Of a stretch of 64,000 nt of DNA, positions 11,296 to 20,115 are shown one piece after another. The position numbers and the translations under genes were made by a program. Position 1 is the first letter of the stretch; each line of letters begins with the position of its first letter. Below the pieces are notes generated by a model that ran no database searches, was not told the DNA's origin, and saw nothing but the letters and a program-made list of their open reading frames with translations. Origin of the DNA: Candidatus Krumholzibacteriia bacterium (GTDB taxonomy: Bacteria; Krumholzibacteriota; Krumholzibacteriia; JAJRXK01). The DNA is taken from positions 1 to 64,000 of the forward strand of contig JBGPIA010000001.1 of the NCBI GenBank assembly GCA_041484665.1. Direction: 5' to 3'.

Positions 11296-13111
11296 GCCGC
11301 GCCTCCTTCTCGAGGGCGGCGATCAGCGCTTGCGCCTCGCGCACCAGCCCGTCGTCCTGGGCCGCGCTGCCCGCGTAGATCGCCTGGTCGCAGCGGTCGA
11401 GCAGGCCGAGCGTGCGAGCAGAGGTGGGCTCCGAGACCAGAGCGTCGCGCAGCCAGACGGTGACGTCCTCCCGCGTGAGGCCCGCCGCCGCGCGGCCCGA
11501 CTTGTCCGCGACATAGCAGCGCAGCGCCACGCCCACCCGCGCCGCGGGCGGACCCTCGCCCACGAGGCGTCTGCGCGCGTCGCGCGCCGCTCGTGACGCG
11601 CGCCGCCCGCTGGGATCGGCCAGCAGTCGCTCGCGGCGCCGCGCCAGCGTCCCGCTGAGCAACCACGCGGCGCCCGGCGTCAGCAGCAGCGCCCAGAATG
11701 CCGGCCGTCCGGGCAGCGGACCCCCGTACGGGCGCATCGAGCCGGTGATGGCGTGGATGTGGTAGATGTCGTGGCCGATGAGCTCGATGCTGGTCTTGGC
11801 TCCGCCCAGCACGGTGGAGGTTTCCTCCACCGACCCGGGCGTCACGCGCACGGCGATCGGCGACGTCGACAGCGTCACGTAGCGCTTCTTGCCGGTATCG
11901 TAGTAGACGTACTCCACCGGCGGGATCGTGAGCGTTCCCTCCTTGCTGGGAATCAGGAGCTTCTCGTCGGTGAGCGTCCCGTAGAGGCGGTCACCCGACG
12001 GCTTGCTGTCCAGCCCGCTTCCCGCATCGTGGATGCGTACGCCCTCGATCTGCGGGAACGTCGGATGGCTGGCGGCAGCCAGATGTCCCTCGCCCTCCAG
12101 GGCGAGCTTCACCGACAGCGCCTCCCCGGCCGGTAGCTCGGTGCGATCGGCTGTCGAGCGCAGACTCAGGGCGCTGCCCACGGTTCCGGTGAAGCCAGCG
12201 GGCGTGGGTGCCGGGAGCGGCCTCACCAGAATGCTGATCGCTGGCGCACGCAAAACCGAGTCGCCGCGCGGTCGCGCACGGCGGAAGAACATCGAGAACG
12301 CGTCCTCGGGCATGCGCACCACTGCCTCGCCGATGGTAAGCGTCCCGGCGTGGGTCGGGAACAGCGCGTAGCGGATCTCGGTGACGTCGAAGAGGCGCCC
12401 GCGGATGCTCGCCGTGGAGTGCCGTTCGGGCGGCAGGTCGTCGCGCCAGAAGCCCTCCGTCGCGGGCGGCGTGTATTGTGGCGAATCGAACAGCCCCGTA
12501 CGCGCACCCTGGTAGAAGCCGAACGTGAGGATCACCTGCTGGCCCGCCACAACCGTGTCCTGGCTGACGCTCATGCTCACGAAGTAGTCCTGGTCGCCAG
12601 CGGAGCTCGGTACCAAAGCGCTGCGCGCGATGGGGGGTTGCGGCACGGGAGCGCCCGCCGGCAGCACCTTCAGCCGCAGCTCGACGGTGCGGTAGGTCTG
12701 CCCGTCGGCGTTGATGCCGATGGGCGGTATGACGAACTCGCCCTCCTTGCGCGCGCGCAGGTAGTAGGTGTAGCTCTGGTTGATGTGGACCTGGCCGTTC
12801 ACGAAGCTGAAATTCTGCGACTGGCCGCCGCCGTAGACGTCGAAACCAGGCAGATCGGGTAGTTGCGGCTCGGCCACGCGGCGGGCGTCTCCCTCGGCGC
12901 TGATCGTGAGCACGACCTGCTCGCCCACTCGCAGGGTGGCGCGGTCGAGGCTGGCGGTGCACGTGACGGCAGCGCGGGCGGGTGGCGGCAGCGCGACCCA
13001 GCCGAGCGCGGCGAGCGCGACGAGTGCCGTGCGTACGGCGTGTGCAACGGGTGCGGGCCCGTTTTGCCAGTGCTCCACGACGGCCCACGGATCCCGTCGG
13101 CTACCAATCAT
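11288..13111 (-). CDS. batD: BatD family protein
   Basis: Signal peptide, ASLDRATLRVGEQVVLTI, repeated Ig-like BatD modules (GEFVIPPI, GTLTIPPVEYVYYD), C-terminal TM helix. Confidence 0.85.
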   Translation of the reverse strand: MIGSRRDPWAVVEHWQNGPAPVAHAVRTALVALAALGWVALPPPARAAVTCTASLDRATLRVGEQVVLTISAEGDARRVAEPQLPDLPGFDVYGGGQSQNFSFVNGQVHINQSYTYYLRARKEGEFVIPPIGINADGQTYRTVELRLKVLPAGAPVPQPPIARSALVPSSAGDQDYFVSMSVSQDTVVAGQQVILTFGFYQGARTGLFDSPQYTPPATEGFWRDDLPPERHSTASIRGRLFDVTEIRYALFPTHAGTLTIGEAVVRMPEDAFSMFFRRARPRGDSVLRAPAISILVRPLPAPTPAGFTGTVGSALSLRSTADRTELPAGEALSVKLALEGEGHLAAASHPTFPQIEGVRIHDAGSGLDSKPSGDRLYGTLTDEKLLIPSKEGTLTIPPVEYVYYDTGKKRYVTLSTSPIAVRVTPGSVEETSTVLGGAKTSIELIGHDIYHIHAITGSMRPYGGPLPGRPAFWALLLTPGAAWLLSGTLARRRERLLADPSGRRASRAARDARRRLVGEGPPAARVGVALRCYVADKSGRAAAGLTREDVTVWLRDALVSEPTSARTLGLLDRCDQAIYAGSAAQDDGLVREAQALIAALEKEARHA

Positions 13112-14135
13112 GCTTGCTCGCCGTCTGGCCGCCCTGCAGCCGGCGCTGGATCGAGCGACGCAGCTCCTGCTCGTCGTGATCGAGCACGCTCAAGAGGCGC
13201 ATGGCCTCTTGCGGAGTCATCCCGGGCGGCAGCTTCTGTCCCTGGGCGCTGGTGCTGTCAGCGGCCGCGCGTGAGCTGTCGGCGGTGGCTTGCTGGGCCT
13301 GCTGATGTTGCTGCTTCTGGGGGTCCTGCCCCTCCTGCTCTTGCTTCTCCCTTTCCTGCTGCTGTTGTTGCTGCTTCTGCTGCTCCTGATCCTGAGCTCC
13401 CTGCTGCTGCTGATCCTCCTGCTGGTCCTTCTGCTGTTGTTGCTGTTGCTGATCCTTCTGGTCGCCCTGCTGCTGCCCCTGCTGCTGCTGCCGGTCCTTC
13501 TGGGACTGGGCCTGCTGTTGCTTGTCCTGCTGCTGCTGATCCTGCTTTTGCCCGTCTTTGGACTTCTGCTGCTGCGACTGCTCCAGCAGCAGCTGCGAGA
13601 GCTCCAGGTTGTGCAGCAGGTCGGGGCTCGGGTCGCTCTCGAGCAGGGCCCGCTGATAGAGTGCGAGCGCCTTCGAGTACTCCTGTTTGCGGAACGCGGC
13701 GTTCCCCGCGTTGTACAGCGCCGCTTGCGCCCGCCTGGGATCGTCGGCCGCCGCCGCCCCCGCGAACTGCGTGAGGGCCGAGGAGTAGTCGCCCTCCTTG
13801 TAGAGCGCCTCGCCCAGGCCCATCCGGATGCTCGGGTCGTCGGGCGCCAGGGCCTGGGATTTCAGCAGCTCTTCCACGGCGCCCTTGGCGTCGCCCTTCT
13901 GCAGCAGCTGCTGGCCCTTCTGAGCGACGCGCTCGGCCTTCTGCAAGGGATCCCATGCGCCGGCCGTGGGCGACGCGCACGCGATCGCCAGCGCGACCAG
14001 CGCCAGCGACGCAAGTGGCAGCTCAGGGCGGTGCGGGCGACCCCTGCGCCCGGACTGGCCGCCGGTGCCCACGGCACGATCGCCGCCACCGCGGCCCCGC
14101 CCGTCACCGTGACGTGCAATCGGTGGGTGACTCAT
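13101..14135 (-). CDS. batC: BatC-like TPR protein with Gln-rich region
   Basis: LGEALYKEGDY / ALYNAGNAAFRKQEY / HNLEL TPRs, poly-Q linker, C-terminal MTPQEAMRLL...KHDW; ATG overlaps the batB stop. Confidence 0.85.
   Translation of the reverse strand: MSHPPIARHGDGRGRGGGDRAVGTGGQSGRRGRPHRPELPLASLALVALAIACASPTAGAWDPLQKAERVAQKGQQLLQKGDAKGAVEELLKSQALAPDDPSIRMGLGEALYKEGDYSSALTQFAGAAAADDPRRAQAALYNAGNAAFRKQEYSKALALYQRALLESDPSPDLLHNLELSQLLLEQSQQQKSKDGQKQDQQQQDKQQQAQSQKDRQQQQGQQQGDQKDQQQQQQQKDQQEDQQQQGAQDQEQQKQQQQQQEREKQEQEGQDPQKQQHQQAQQATADSSRAAADSTSAQGQKLPPGMTPQEAMRLLSVLDHDEQELRRSIQRRLQGGQTASKHDW
13290..13580 (-). repeat. CAG-rich low-complexity coding repeat (poly-Gln linker of BatC)
   Basis: Runs of ctg/ttg on the + strand encode QQQQDKQQQ... 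on the - strand. Confidence 0.85.
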
Positions 14136-15136
14136 GCCTCCCTCCGGCGGTCGGAGACCAGGCCCTCGGTGAGCAGCAGCAGCAACGCGGCCGACAGCGG
14201 CCAGGCGAAGCGCTCCTGGTAGCTCACGACACTCTTGGCCTCGAACGTGCGCGAGGTGAGCGCGGAGAGCGCGGCGTGCAGCTGCGAGATGTCCAGCCCG
14301 GCCGAGCCTGCGCGCAGGTAGGCGCCGCCCGTCTCCTGTGCCAACTTGGCCAGCGGCGCGTCCTGCAGTCGGCTCATCACGACGTTGCCCTCGTGATCGC
14401 GCACGAACCCTTCCCGCTGTCCACTGTCGTTGACCAACGGGATGGGTGCACCCCCCTCGTTGCCGACTCCCACGGTGAAGATCCGGATCCCCTTCTGGGT
14501 GAACTGCGCGGTGATCTCCTCGATGCCGCCGGCGAAGTCCTCGCCGTCGGTCACCAGGATCACGGCGCGGTGCGCTCCCTCGTCCGACCCGAAGAGCTCC
14601 ATGGCCACCCGCAGCGCCGCCGAGATGTCGGTGCCCTGCGTCGCGATCATGCTCGGGTCGGCCTGCGAGAGGAACAGGCGCGCGGCGGCGTAGTCGATGG
14701 TCAGCGGGCATTGCGGGAAGGCCCCGCCCGCGAAGAACACCAGCCCCACGCGGTCGCCCTGCAGCGACTCCACCAACTCGCCGATCTCGACCTTGGCGCG
14801 CGTGAGCCGGTCCGGCTTGATGTCCTCGGCAAGCATGCTGCGGCTGATGTCCAGGGCGATAACCAGGTCGACGCCCTTCTGCTCCACCTGCACCTCGCTC
14901 GCCCCCCACTGGGGACGGGCGGCCGCCACGATGAGAGCGGCCAGCGTCGTCAAGCGCACGGCGGCCCGCAGCAGGCGCCGCCCCGGGCGCACGCTGGCGC
15001 TCAGCTCGCCCACCAGTTGCGGCCCCGTGAGCTGCACCAGTCGCTTGCGCCCCAGCGCCCGGCCGGCCAGGAACAATAGCCAGACCAACGGCAGCGCCCA
15101 CAGCAGCCACAGGATCTCTGGTTGCGCAAACCTCAT
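14132..15136 (-). CDS. batB: BatB vWA domain protein
   Basis: N-terminal BatA TM, ARPQWG, MIDAS DISRSM, PLTIDY, QGTDI, VTDGED. Confidence 0.9.
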   Translation of the reverse strand: MRFAQPEILWLLWALPLVWLLFLAGRALGRKRLVQLTGPQLVGELSASVRPGRRLLRAAVRLTTLAALIVAAARPQWGASEVQVEQKGVDLVIALDISRSMLAEDIKPDRLTRAKVEIGELVESLQGDRVGLVFFAGGAFPQCPLTIDYAAARLFLSQADPSMIATQGTDISAALRVAMELFGSDEGAHRAVILVTDGEDFAGGIEEITAQFTQKGIRIFTVGVGNEGGAPIPLVNDSGQREGFVRDHEGNVVMSRLQDAPLAKLAQETGGAYLRAGSAGLDISQLHAALSALTSRTFEAKSVVSYQERFAWPLSAALLLLLTEGLVSDRRREA

Positions 15137-15145
15137 GCTCCGCTC

Positions 15146-16132
15146 CTACGGCAGCACACGGTACACGGTGGCGCCGAGCCCCGCCTCCGCCATCAGCAGC
15201 AGCGCCGCCGGCAGCAGGAAGATCGATGCCAGCTGGCGGTAGTTCGTGTAGATGGTTGTCTCCACCTTGCTGCGCTCCAGTTGATCGATCACCTGGAAGA
15301 TGCTCTGCAGCGACTCGCTGTCCTGCGCGCGGAAGTACTGCCCACCGGTGAGCTTGGCGATGCGCTTGAGCAGATCCTCGTCGATGTCGGTCTCGATCTG
15401 CGTGTAGCGGCGCCCCAGCAACGGGTTGTCCACCGGATAGGGAGCCAGCCCCTCCTTGCCCACGCCTACGGAGTAGATCTTGATGTTGAGCGCCCGCGCC
15501 GCCTCGGCCGCCGTCGTGGGGTCGACCGTGGGAACGTTGTTCACGCCGTCGGTCACCAGGATCAGCACCTTGCTCTTGGCGCTGCTGCGCGCCAACCGCT
15601 TCGTCCCCGTTGCGATCCCCAACCCGATGGCCGTCCCGTCGTCGATCAGGCCCACGTGCACCTCGTCGAGGAAGCGGTGCAGCACGCCGTAGTCCAACGT
15701 CAGCGGGCACTGCGTAAAGGCCTTGGCCGCGAACACCACCAGGGCAATGCGGTCCTGCTTGCGCCCGTCGATGAACTTGTGCAGCACGCTCTTGGCCACC
15801 GCGATCCGGTCGTCGGGCTGGAAGTCGAGGGCGCGCATGCTGCCGCTGATGTCCAGCACCAGGGCGATGTCGATCCCCTCGCCCTCCACCACCTGACGCG
15901 TATGGGCGACCTGCGGCCGCGCCAGCGCCACCAGCGCCAGTGTGGCGGCCAGCATCCGCACCGCGGTCGGCAGCCAGCCGGTGCGCGCTCGCATTCCGCG
16001 CGGAACTCCTGCGAGCAGCGCCAGTCCGCTGAAGCGCACCGCAGCCCTCCGCCCGGCCGCCCGCTGCGCCAGCGGCAGCGCGATCCAGGCGACGGGGATC
16101 AGGAACAGCACCCACGGCATGGCAAAGCTCAT
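15146..16132 (-). CDS. batA: BatA vWA domain protein
   Basis: LARPQ, GIDIALVLDISGSM, PLTLDY, DGTAIG, TDGVNN, IDEDLLKRIAKLTGGQYFRA. Confidence 0.92.
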   Translation of the reverse strand: MSFAMPWVLFLIPVAWIALPLAQRAAGRRAAVRFSGLALLAGVPRGMRARTGWLPTAVRMLAATLALVALARPQVAHTRQVVEGEGIDIALVLDISGSMRALDFQPDDRIAVAKSVLHKFIDGRKQDRIALVVFAAKAFTQCPLTLDYGVLHRFLDEVHVGLIDDGTAIGLGIATGTKRLARSSAKSKVLILVTDGVNNVPTVDPTTAAEAARALNIKIYSVGVGKEGLAPYPVDNPLLGRRYTQIETDIDEDLLKRIAKLTGGQYFRAQDSESLQSIFQVIDQLERSKVETTIYTNYRQLASIFLLPAALLLMAEAGLGATVYRVLP

Positions 16133-16159
16133 GGCGCGCGCTCCGGTGCCACCCGCACC

Positions 16160-17269
16160 TCAGCTGCTCCTCTGGGTGAGCGTGATGGCCGCGGCCACTG
16201 CCTCGGGCGTCGTGTACCGCGGTTCCACCGCCGTGCCTTCGATCCAGGTCCGTACCCCCCCCAGCCACTGCTGCGCGGCATGCTGCGTCGGGCGCGCAGC
16301 GGCGAACTTCACGCGGTCGGCCTCGCTCAAGAGCGGAAAGACCTCCCCCACGGTCTTGCGATCGTAGCCAGCACCGCGCAGGCGTTCTACGACCTCGTCG
16401 CTGGTCCAGTCCAGCGCGGGCACGCGGTAGCGCCCGGTGATGTAGGCGCGCAGGGTGCGGGTGGCCTCCACGAAATAGTGATCGAACTGCCCGTCCTCCA
16501 GCCAGCGCGTGGCAGCGATCTCGGCGAGCCGGCGCAGCGCGATACGATGAGGCGGCTCGGCCGGCAGCGGGAAGGCCTGGGTGCGGGCCGGGCGCCCGCG
16601 GCGACGCCGCAGCAGCCACAAGATCGGTGGCGCGAGCACCGCGCTCACGATCAGGAGGGTCGGTAGCCAGTTGGGCCGGATGCGCGGCGCGAGGGCCAGC
16701 GGACGCAGCGAGTCGGGAATGGCTTGCGCCAGCGCGCCGGGCACCTGCCACCACAGGGTGTCGCCTGGCGCAGCGCGCTTGCCGACGTCCGCTGTGGCCT
16801 GCGGTGGCAGCGCGATCCCCACGCGGCCCACGCGCAGTGGAACGGCCGTGTAGACGGCCGGGTCACTGCCCGGCAGCACCGCGACGCCGATCCCCACCGG
16901 TTGATGCGTGGAGTCCGCGGGCGCGTGCCGCAGGCGCAGCGTCGCGCGCTGACCGAGGTGCGGGAGCTGCGGCTCGAGCGTGGCGCCCGCCGTGGATGCG
17001 GTCGCAGAGGTCGGGGCAGTCACAGGCGCAGTGAGAGGGGCCGCCACAGGCGCAGTGAGGGGGGCCGCCGCAGGCACGGATGCGGGGGCAGATCCGGGCG
17101 CAGACGCGGCGGTGGCCGCTGGCGCGCCGGAAGCCGCCCGCGGACGCGCTGGCTGCGGCGGCGCCGCCAGCAGCGGTTCCACCAGCAACGGCACCGCCAA
17201 GAGCAGCGCCGGCACGAGGGCTACCGCCAACCGCGAGGCCGCTGCGCTCTTCGGCGCAGTGCGTCTCAT
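16160..17269 (-). CDS. Bat-locus membrane protein (Pro/Ala-rich N-terminus, TM helix, C-terminal helical domain)
   Basis: PPHRIALRRL..TLRAYI..PALDWTSDE..ADRVKFA, as in the gene usually found between DUF58 and batA. Confidence 0.7.
   Translation of the reverse strand: MRRTAPKSAAASRLAVALVPALLLAVPLLVEPLLAAPPQPARPRAASGAPAATAASAPGSAPASVPAAAPLTAPVAAPLTAPVTAPTSATASTAGATLEPQLPHLGQRATLRLRHAPADSTHQPVGIGVAVLPGSDPAVYTAVPLRVGRVGIALPPQATADVGKRAAPGDTLWWQVPGALAQAIPDSLRPLALAPRIRPNWLPTLLIVSAVLAPPILWLLRRRRGRPARTQAFPLPAEPPHRIALRRLAEIAATRWLEDGQFDHYFVEATRTLRAYITGRYRVPALDWTSDEVVERLRGAGYDRKTVGEVFPLLSEADRVKFAAARPTQHAAQQWLGGVRTWIEGTAVEPRYTTPEAVAAAITLTQRSS
17021..17068. repeat. 24-bp tandem duplication (two copies, 1 mismatch) encoding AAPLTAPV x2
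   Basis: cacaggcgcagtgagaggggccgc / cacaggcgcagtgaggggggccgc. Confidence 0.9.
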
Positions 17270-18174
17270 CGCCGCCGCTCGCGCCGCATGAAGAAGGCCT
17301 GCAACGGATCCGCCACCGGCTGGGTGACGTCGACGCTGATCAGGTCGCAGCCCGCGCGGCGCACGCGCCGATCCAGCTCGCGCTCGCGCTGCTGTGCCTG
17401 GCGCTCGTAGGCCTCGCGCACGGAGCGGTCACCGGCGTCCAGCACCACGTCCGCACCGGTCTCGGCGTCGCGCAGGCGCACCAATCCCACGGACGGGAGC
17501 CACCGCTCCCGCGGATCCACCAGGTGGACCGCCACGAGATCGTGACGCCGCGCAGCCACGGAGAGCGGCCGGTCGTACCCGTCGGCGAGGAAATCGCTGA
17601 GCAGGAAGACGACCGCGCGTTTGCGCTGGACGCGATTGAGCGTCTCGAGCGCGTCGCGCAGGTCGGTGCCACGCCCGCGCGGGAGGTGGAACAACAGCTC
17701 GCGGATCACGCGCAGCGCATGCTTGCGCCCCTTCTTCGGCGGCACGTAGAGCTCGACCAGGTCGCTGAACAGGATCAGCCCGACCTTGTCCTGGTTGCTG
17801 ATGGCAGAGAATGCCAGCACCGCCCCCAGCTCCGCCATGGCCGCCGCCTTGAGGCGCTGGCCGCTGCCGAAGCGCTGGGAGGCGGAGAGATCCGCCACCA
17901 CCACGACCGTGAGCTCGCGCTCCTCCTCGTACTGCTTCACGTAGGGCGCGCCCATGCGAGCACTGACGTTCCAGTCGATGGAACGCACGTCGTCGCCCGG
18001 GGCGTACTCGCGCACCTCGCGGAACTCCACGCCCCGCCCCTTGAACACGGAGTGGTACTCACCGCTGAAAAGCTCGTCCACCACACGCCGCGTGCGGATC
18101 TCGAGCTTGCGCACCTGCGAAAGCAGCTCGGGCGGGATCCGCTGCGGCGATGGGGAGGAGCGCGGCTGCGCCAT
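17266..18174 (-). CDS. DUF58 domain protein
   Basis: GEYHSVFKGRGVEFREVREYAPGDDVRSIDWNVSAR..VKQYEEERE. Confidence 0.95.
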   Translation of the reverse strand: MAQPRSSPSPQRIPPELLSQVRKLEIRTRRVVDELFSGEYHSVFKGRGVEFREVREYAPGDDVRSIDWNVSARMGAPYVKQYEEERELTVVVVADLSASQRFGSGQRLKAAAMAELGAVLAFSAISNQDKVGLILFSDLVELYVPPKKGRKHALRVIRELLFHLPRGRGTDLRDALETLNRVQRKRAVVFLLSDFLADGYDRPLSVAARRHDLVAVHLVDPRERWLPSVGLVRLRDAETGADVVLDAGDRSVREAYERQAQQRERELDRRVRRAGCDLISVDVTQPVADPLQAFFMRRERRR

Positions 18175-18214
18175 CGGGTCCGGCACTGGGTCCTCCGCCG
18201 CGATCGGGAACGGG

Positions 18215-19201
18215 TCAGGGCACCTCGATGGAGTCGAAGAGCGTGCGCACAATGTCCTCGCTCGTGAGCTCCTCGGCCTCCGCCTCGTAGGTGACGGCGA
18301 TGCGGTGGCGCAGCACCGCCGGCCCGATGCTCTTGACGTCCTCGGGCGTGACGAACGCCCGCCCGCGCAGCAACGCCAGGCCCTTGGCAGCGCGGGTGAG
18401 GAAGATGGCTGCCCGGGGGCTTGCGCCGTAGGCGATCAGCGGGCCCAGGGAGAGGTCGTACTCCTTGGGATCCCGCGTGGCCCGCACCAGGTCGAGGATG
18501 TACTCCTTGATTTTGTCGTCCACGTAGACCTGCGCGACGAGCTGGCTGGCGGCCTTGAGACGCTCACGGGTGAGCACCGGGCGCAGCTTGGGCTCGTTGC
18601 CGTCGACCATGCGGTCGAGGATCATCCGCTCCTCGTCCCGCGAGGGGTACTTCACGAGCACCTTGAGCATGAACCGGTCGACCTGCGCCTCGGGCAGCGG
18701 GTAGGTGCCCTCCTGCTCGATGGGGTTCTGGGTGGCCAGCACCAAGAACGGCTCCTCCAGTGGGTAGGTCGTCTCGCCGAGGGTCACCTGCCGCTCCTGC
18801 ATCGCCTCCAGGAGTGCCGACTGCACCTTGGCCGGCGCGCGGTTGATCTCGTCGGCAAGGATGATGTGGGCGAAGATCGGGCCCTTGCGCACGGTGAATG
18901 CGCCGGTGCGTTGGTCGTAGATCAGCGTGCCCAGCAAATCGGCGGGCAGCAGATCGGGGGTGAACTGAATGCGCTGGAAGCTCATGTCCAGCGCGGCAGC
19001 CAGCGATCGCACGGCCAGCGTCTTGGCCAGACCGGGGACGCCCTCCAAGAGGACGTGGCCCCCTGTCAGCAGCCCGATGAGCAGCCCGTCCATCATCTGG
19101 CGCTGGCCGACGACCACGCGGCCGACCTCGTCGACCACGGCGCGGATCAGGGCGCTCTCAGCCTCGACCCGAGCCTGCACTTCCTTGACCATCGTTTCCA
19201 C
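18215..19201 (-). CDS. moxR: MoxR family AAA+ ATPase
   Basis: GHVLLEGVPGLAKT, RIQFTPDLLPAD, LADEINRAPAKVQSALLEAMQE, TQNPIEQEGTYPLPEAQVDRF; GTG start. Confidence 0.97.
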   Translation of the reverse strand: METMVKEVQARVEAESALIRAVVDEVGRVVVGQRQMMDGLLIGLLTGGHVLLEGVPGLAKTLAVRSLAAALDMSFQRIQFTPDLLPADLLGTLIYDQRTGAFTVRKGPIFAHIILADEINRAPAKVQSALLEAMQERQVTLGETTYPLEEPFLVLATQNPIEQEGTYPLPEAQVDRFMLKVLVKYPSRDEERMILDRMVDGNEPKLRPVLTRERLKAASQLVAQVYVDDKIKEYILDLVRATRDPKEYDLSLGPLIAYGASPRAAIFLTRAAKGLALLRGRAFVTPEDVKSIGPAVLRHRIAVTYEAEAEELTSEDIVRTLFDSIEVP

Positions 19202-19497
19202 GATCCCGGCTACCTCCCTGGCAGGGTCCTCTACGCGTGGGGCGTGTGCGCTGCGGCGACAGCGGAGCCCGTAGCATACGCCAGCGACGGGCGGGGGTTC
19301 CGCCGCGGAAAAAAGCTGTTGCAGATCGACCTGCCCCCGTTACCGTGGGGGCGGCTGGCACTCTAGCCGTACCGGGGGCCCGGATCAATGCCGCCGCGGG
19401 CAGCGACGGACCACGACCCGGTGCAACCGAGCCACGACGAGCCGCCCGGGGCCGCGACGGGCTGCGGCAAAGGCGGGCCCGCAGGGGTCCCACCACC

Positions 19498-19779
19498 ATG
19501 CGCGTGCGCCACGAGAAGGTCCGCGACCTGGCCGCCCAGGCGACCACGCTGCTGCGCGGTGAGGCCGGCGTGCGCCTGCAGGCCAAGGAGGATGCCATCC
19601 GAGTGGCGGTTGCCAACGCGATGCTCGACAACCTGCAGGAGGAGGACGACATCGAGCAGGAAGCCGAAAGGCTCCTGGCGGCCCACCAAACCGAGATCGC
19701 TCAAGGAGACCTGGACATCGAAGAGCTGAGGCACCGCTTCAAGCGCGAGATCGCCAAACGCCGCGGCTTTCGCCTCTGA
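19498..19779 (+). CDS. DUF507 family protein
   Basis: Small acidic helical protein ending KREIAKRRGFRL. Confidence 0.75.
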   Translation: MRVRHEKVRDLAAQATTLLRGEAGVRLQAKEDAIRVAVANAMLDNLQEEDDIEQEAERLLAAHQTEIAQGDLDIEELRHRFKREIAKRRGFRL

Positions 19780-19815
19780 CCCCCCCGACCCGGGCCGCTG
19801 GCCTGCGAGGCCGTC

Positions 19816-20100
19816 ATGCGTCTGAGCGAGGAGCGCCTGCTCGACATCGCCAACGAGATCGTCGAGCGATTGCTCGACGACGGGCTGATCGAGGTCGCAG
19901 GCGACGAGCGCAAGCTCGCCCAGAAGCTCATGGGGCTGTTTACGCGTGACCTCCGCATCGAAACCGAGATCCATTCCGAAGCCGTGGCCTGGCTGCGGCA
20001 GCACAAGAAGCAGTTCCTCGAGGGAACGAGCGACTGGGAGATCGCCCTCGACCGCAAGCGTCACGACCTCGCCGTGGCGCGCGGTTACGTGCTGCCGTGA
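19816..20100 (+). CDS. DUF507 family protein
   Basis: MRLSEERL..IANEI..DLRIETEIHSE..LAVARGYVL; paralogous to the preceding gene. Confidence 0.75.
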   Translation: MRLSEERLLDIANEIVERLLDDGLIEVAGDERKLAQKLMGLFTRDLRIETEIHSEAVAWLRQHKKQFLEGTSDWEIALDRKRHDLAVARGYVLP

Positions 20101-20115
20101 GCGGCTGCTGCCCCC

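Noticed and set aside
13290..14222. Poly-Leu 'membrane protein' on the + strand
   Set aside because: Antisense reading of the BatC CAG-rich tract
13101..16754. 1217-aa ORF spanning batA-batC
   Set aside because: Only the last 344 codons (BatC) are real; the upstream part is an off-frame shadow of batA and batB
19355..19385. CIRCE-like half site (TGGCACTC)
   Set aside because: The second half of the inverted repeat is missing and no heat-shock gene follows
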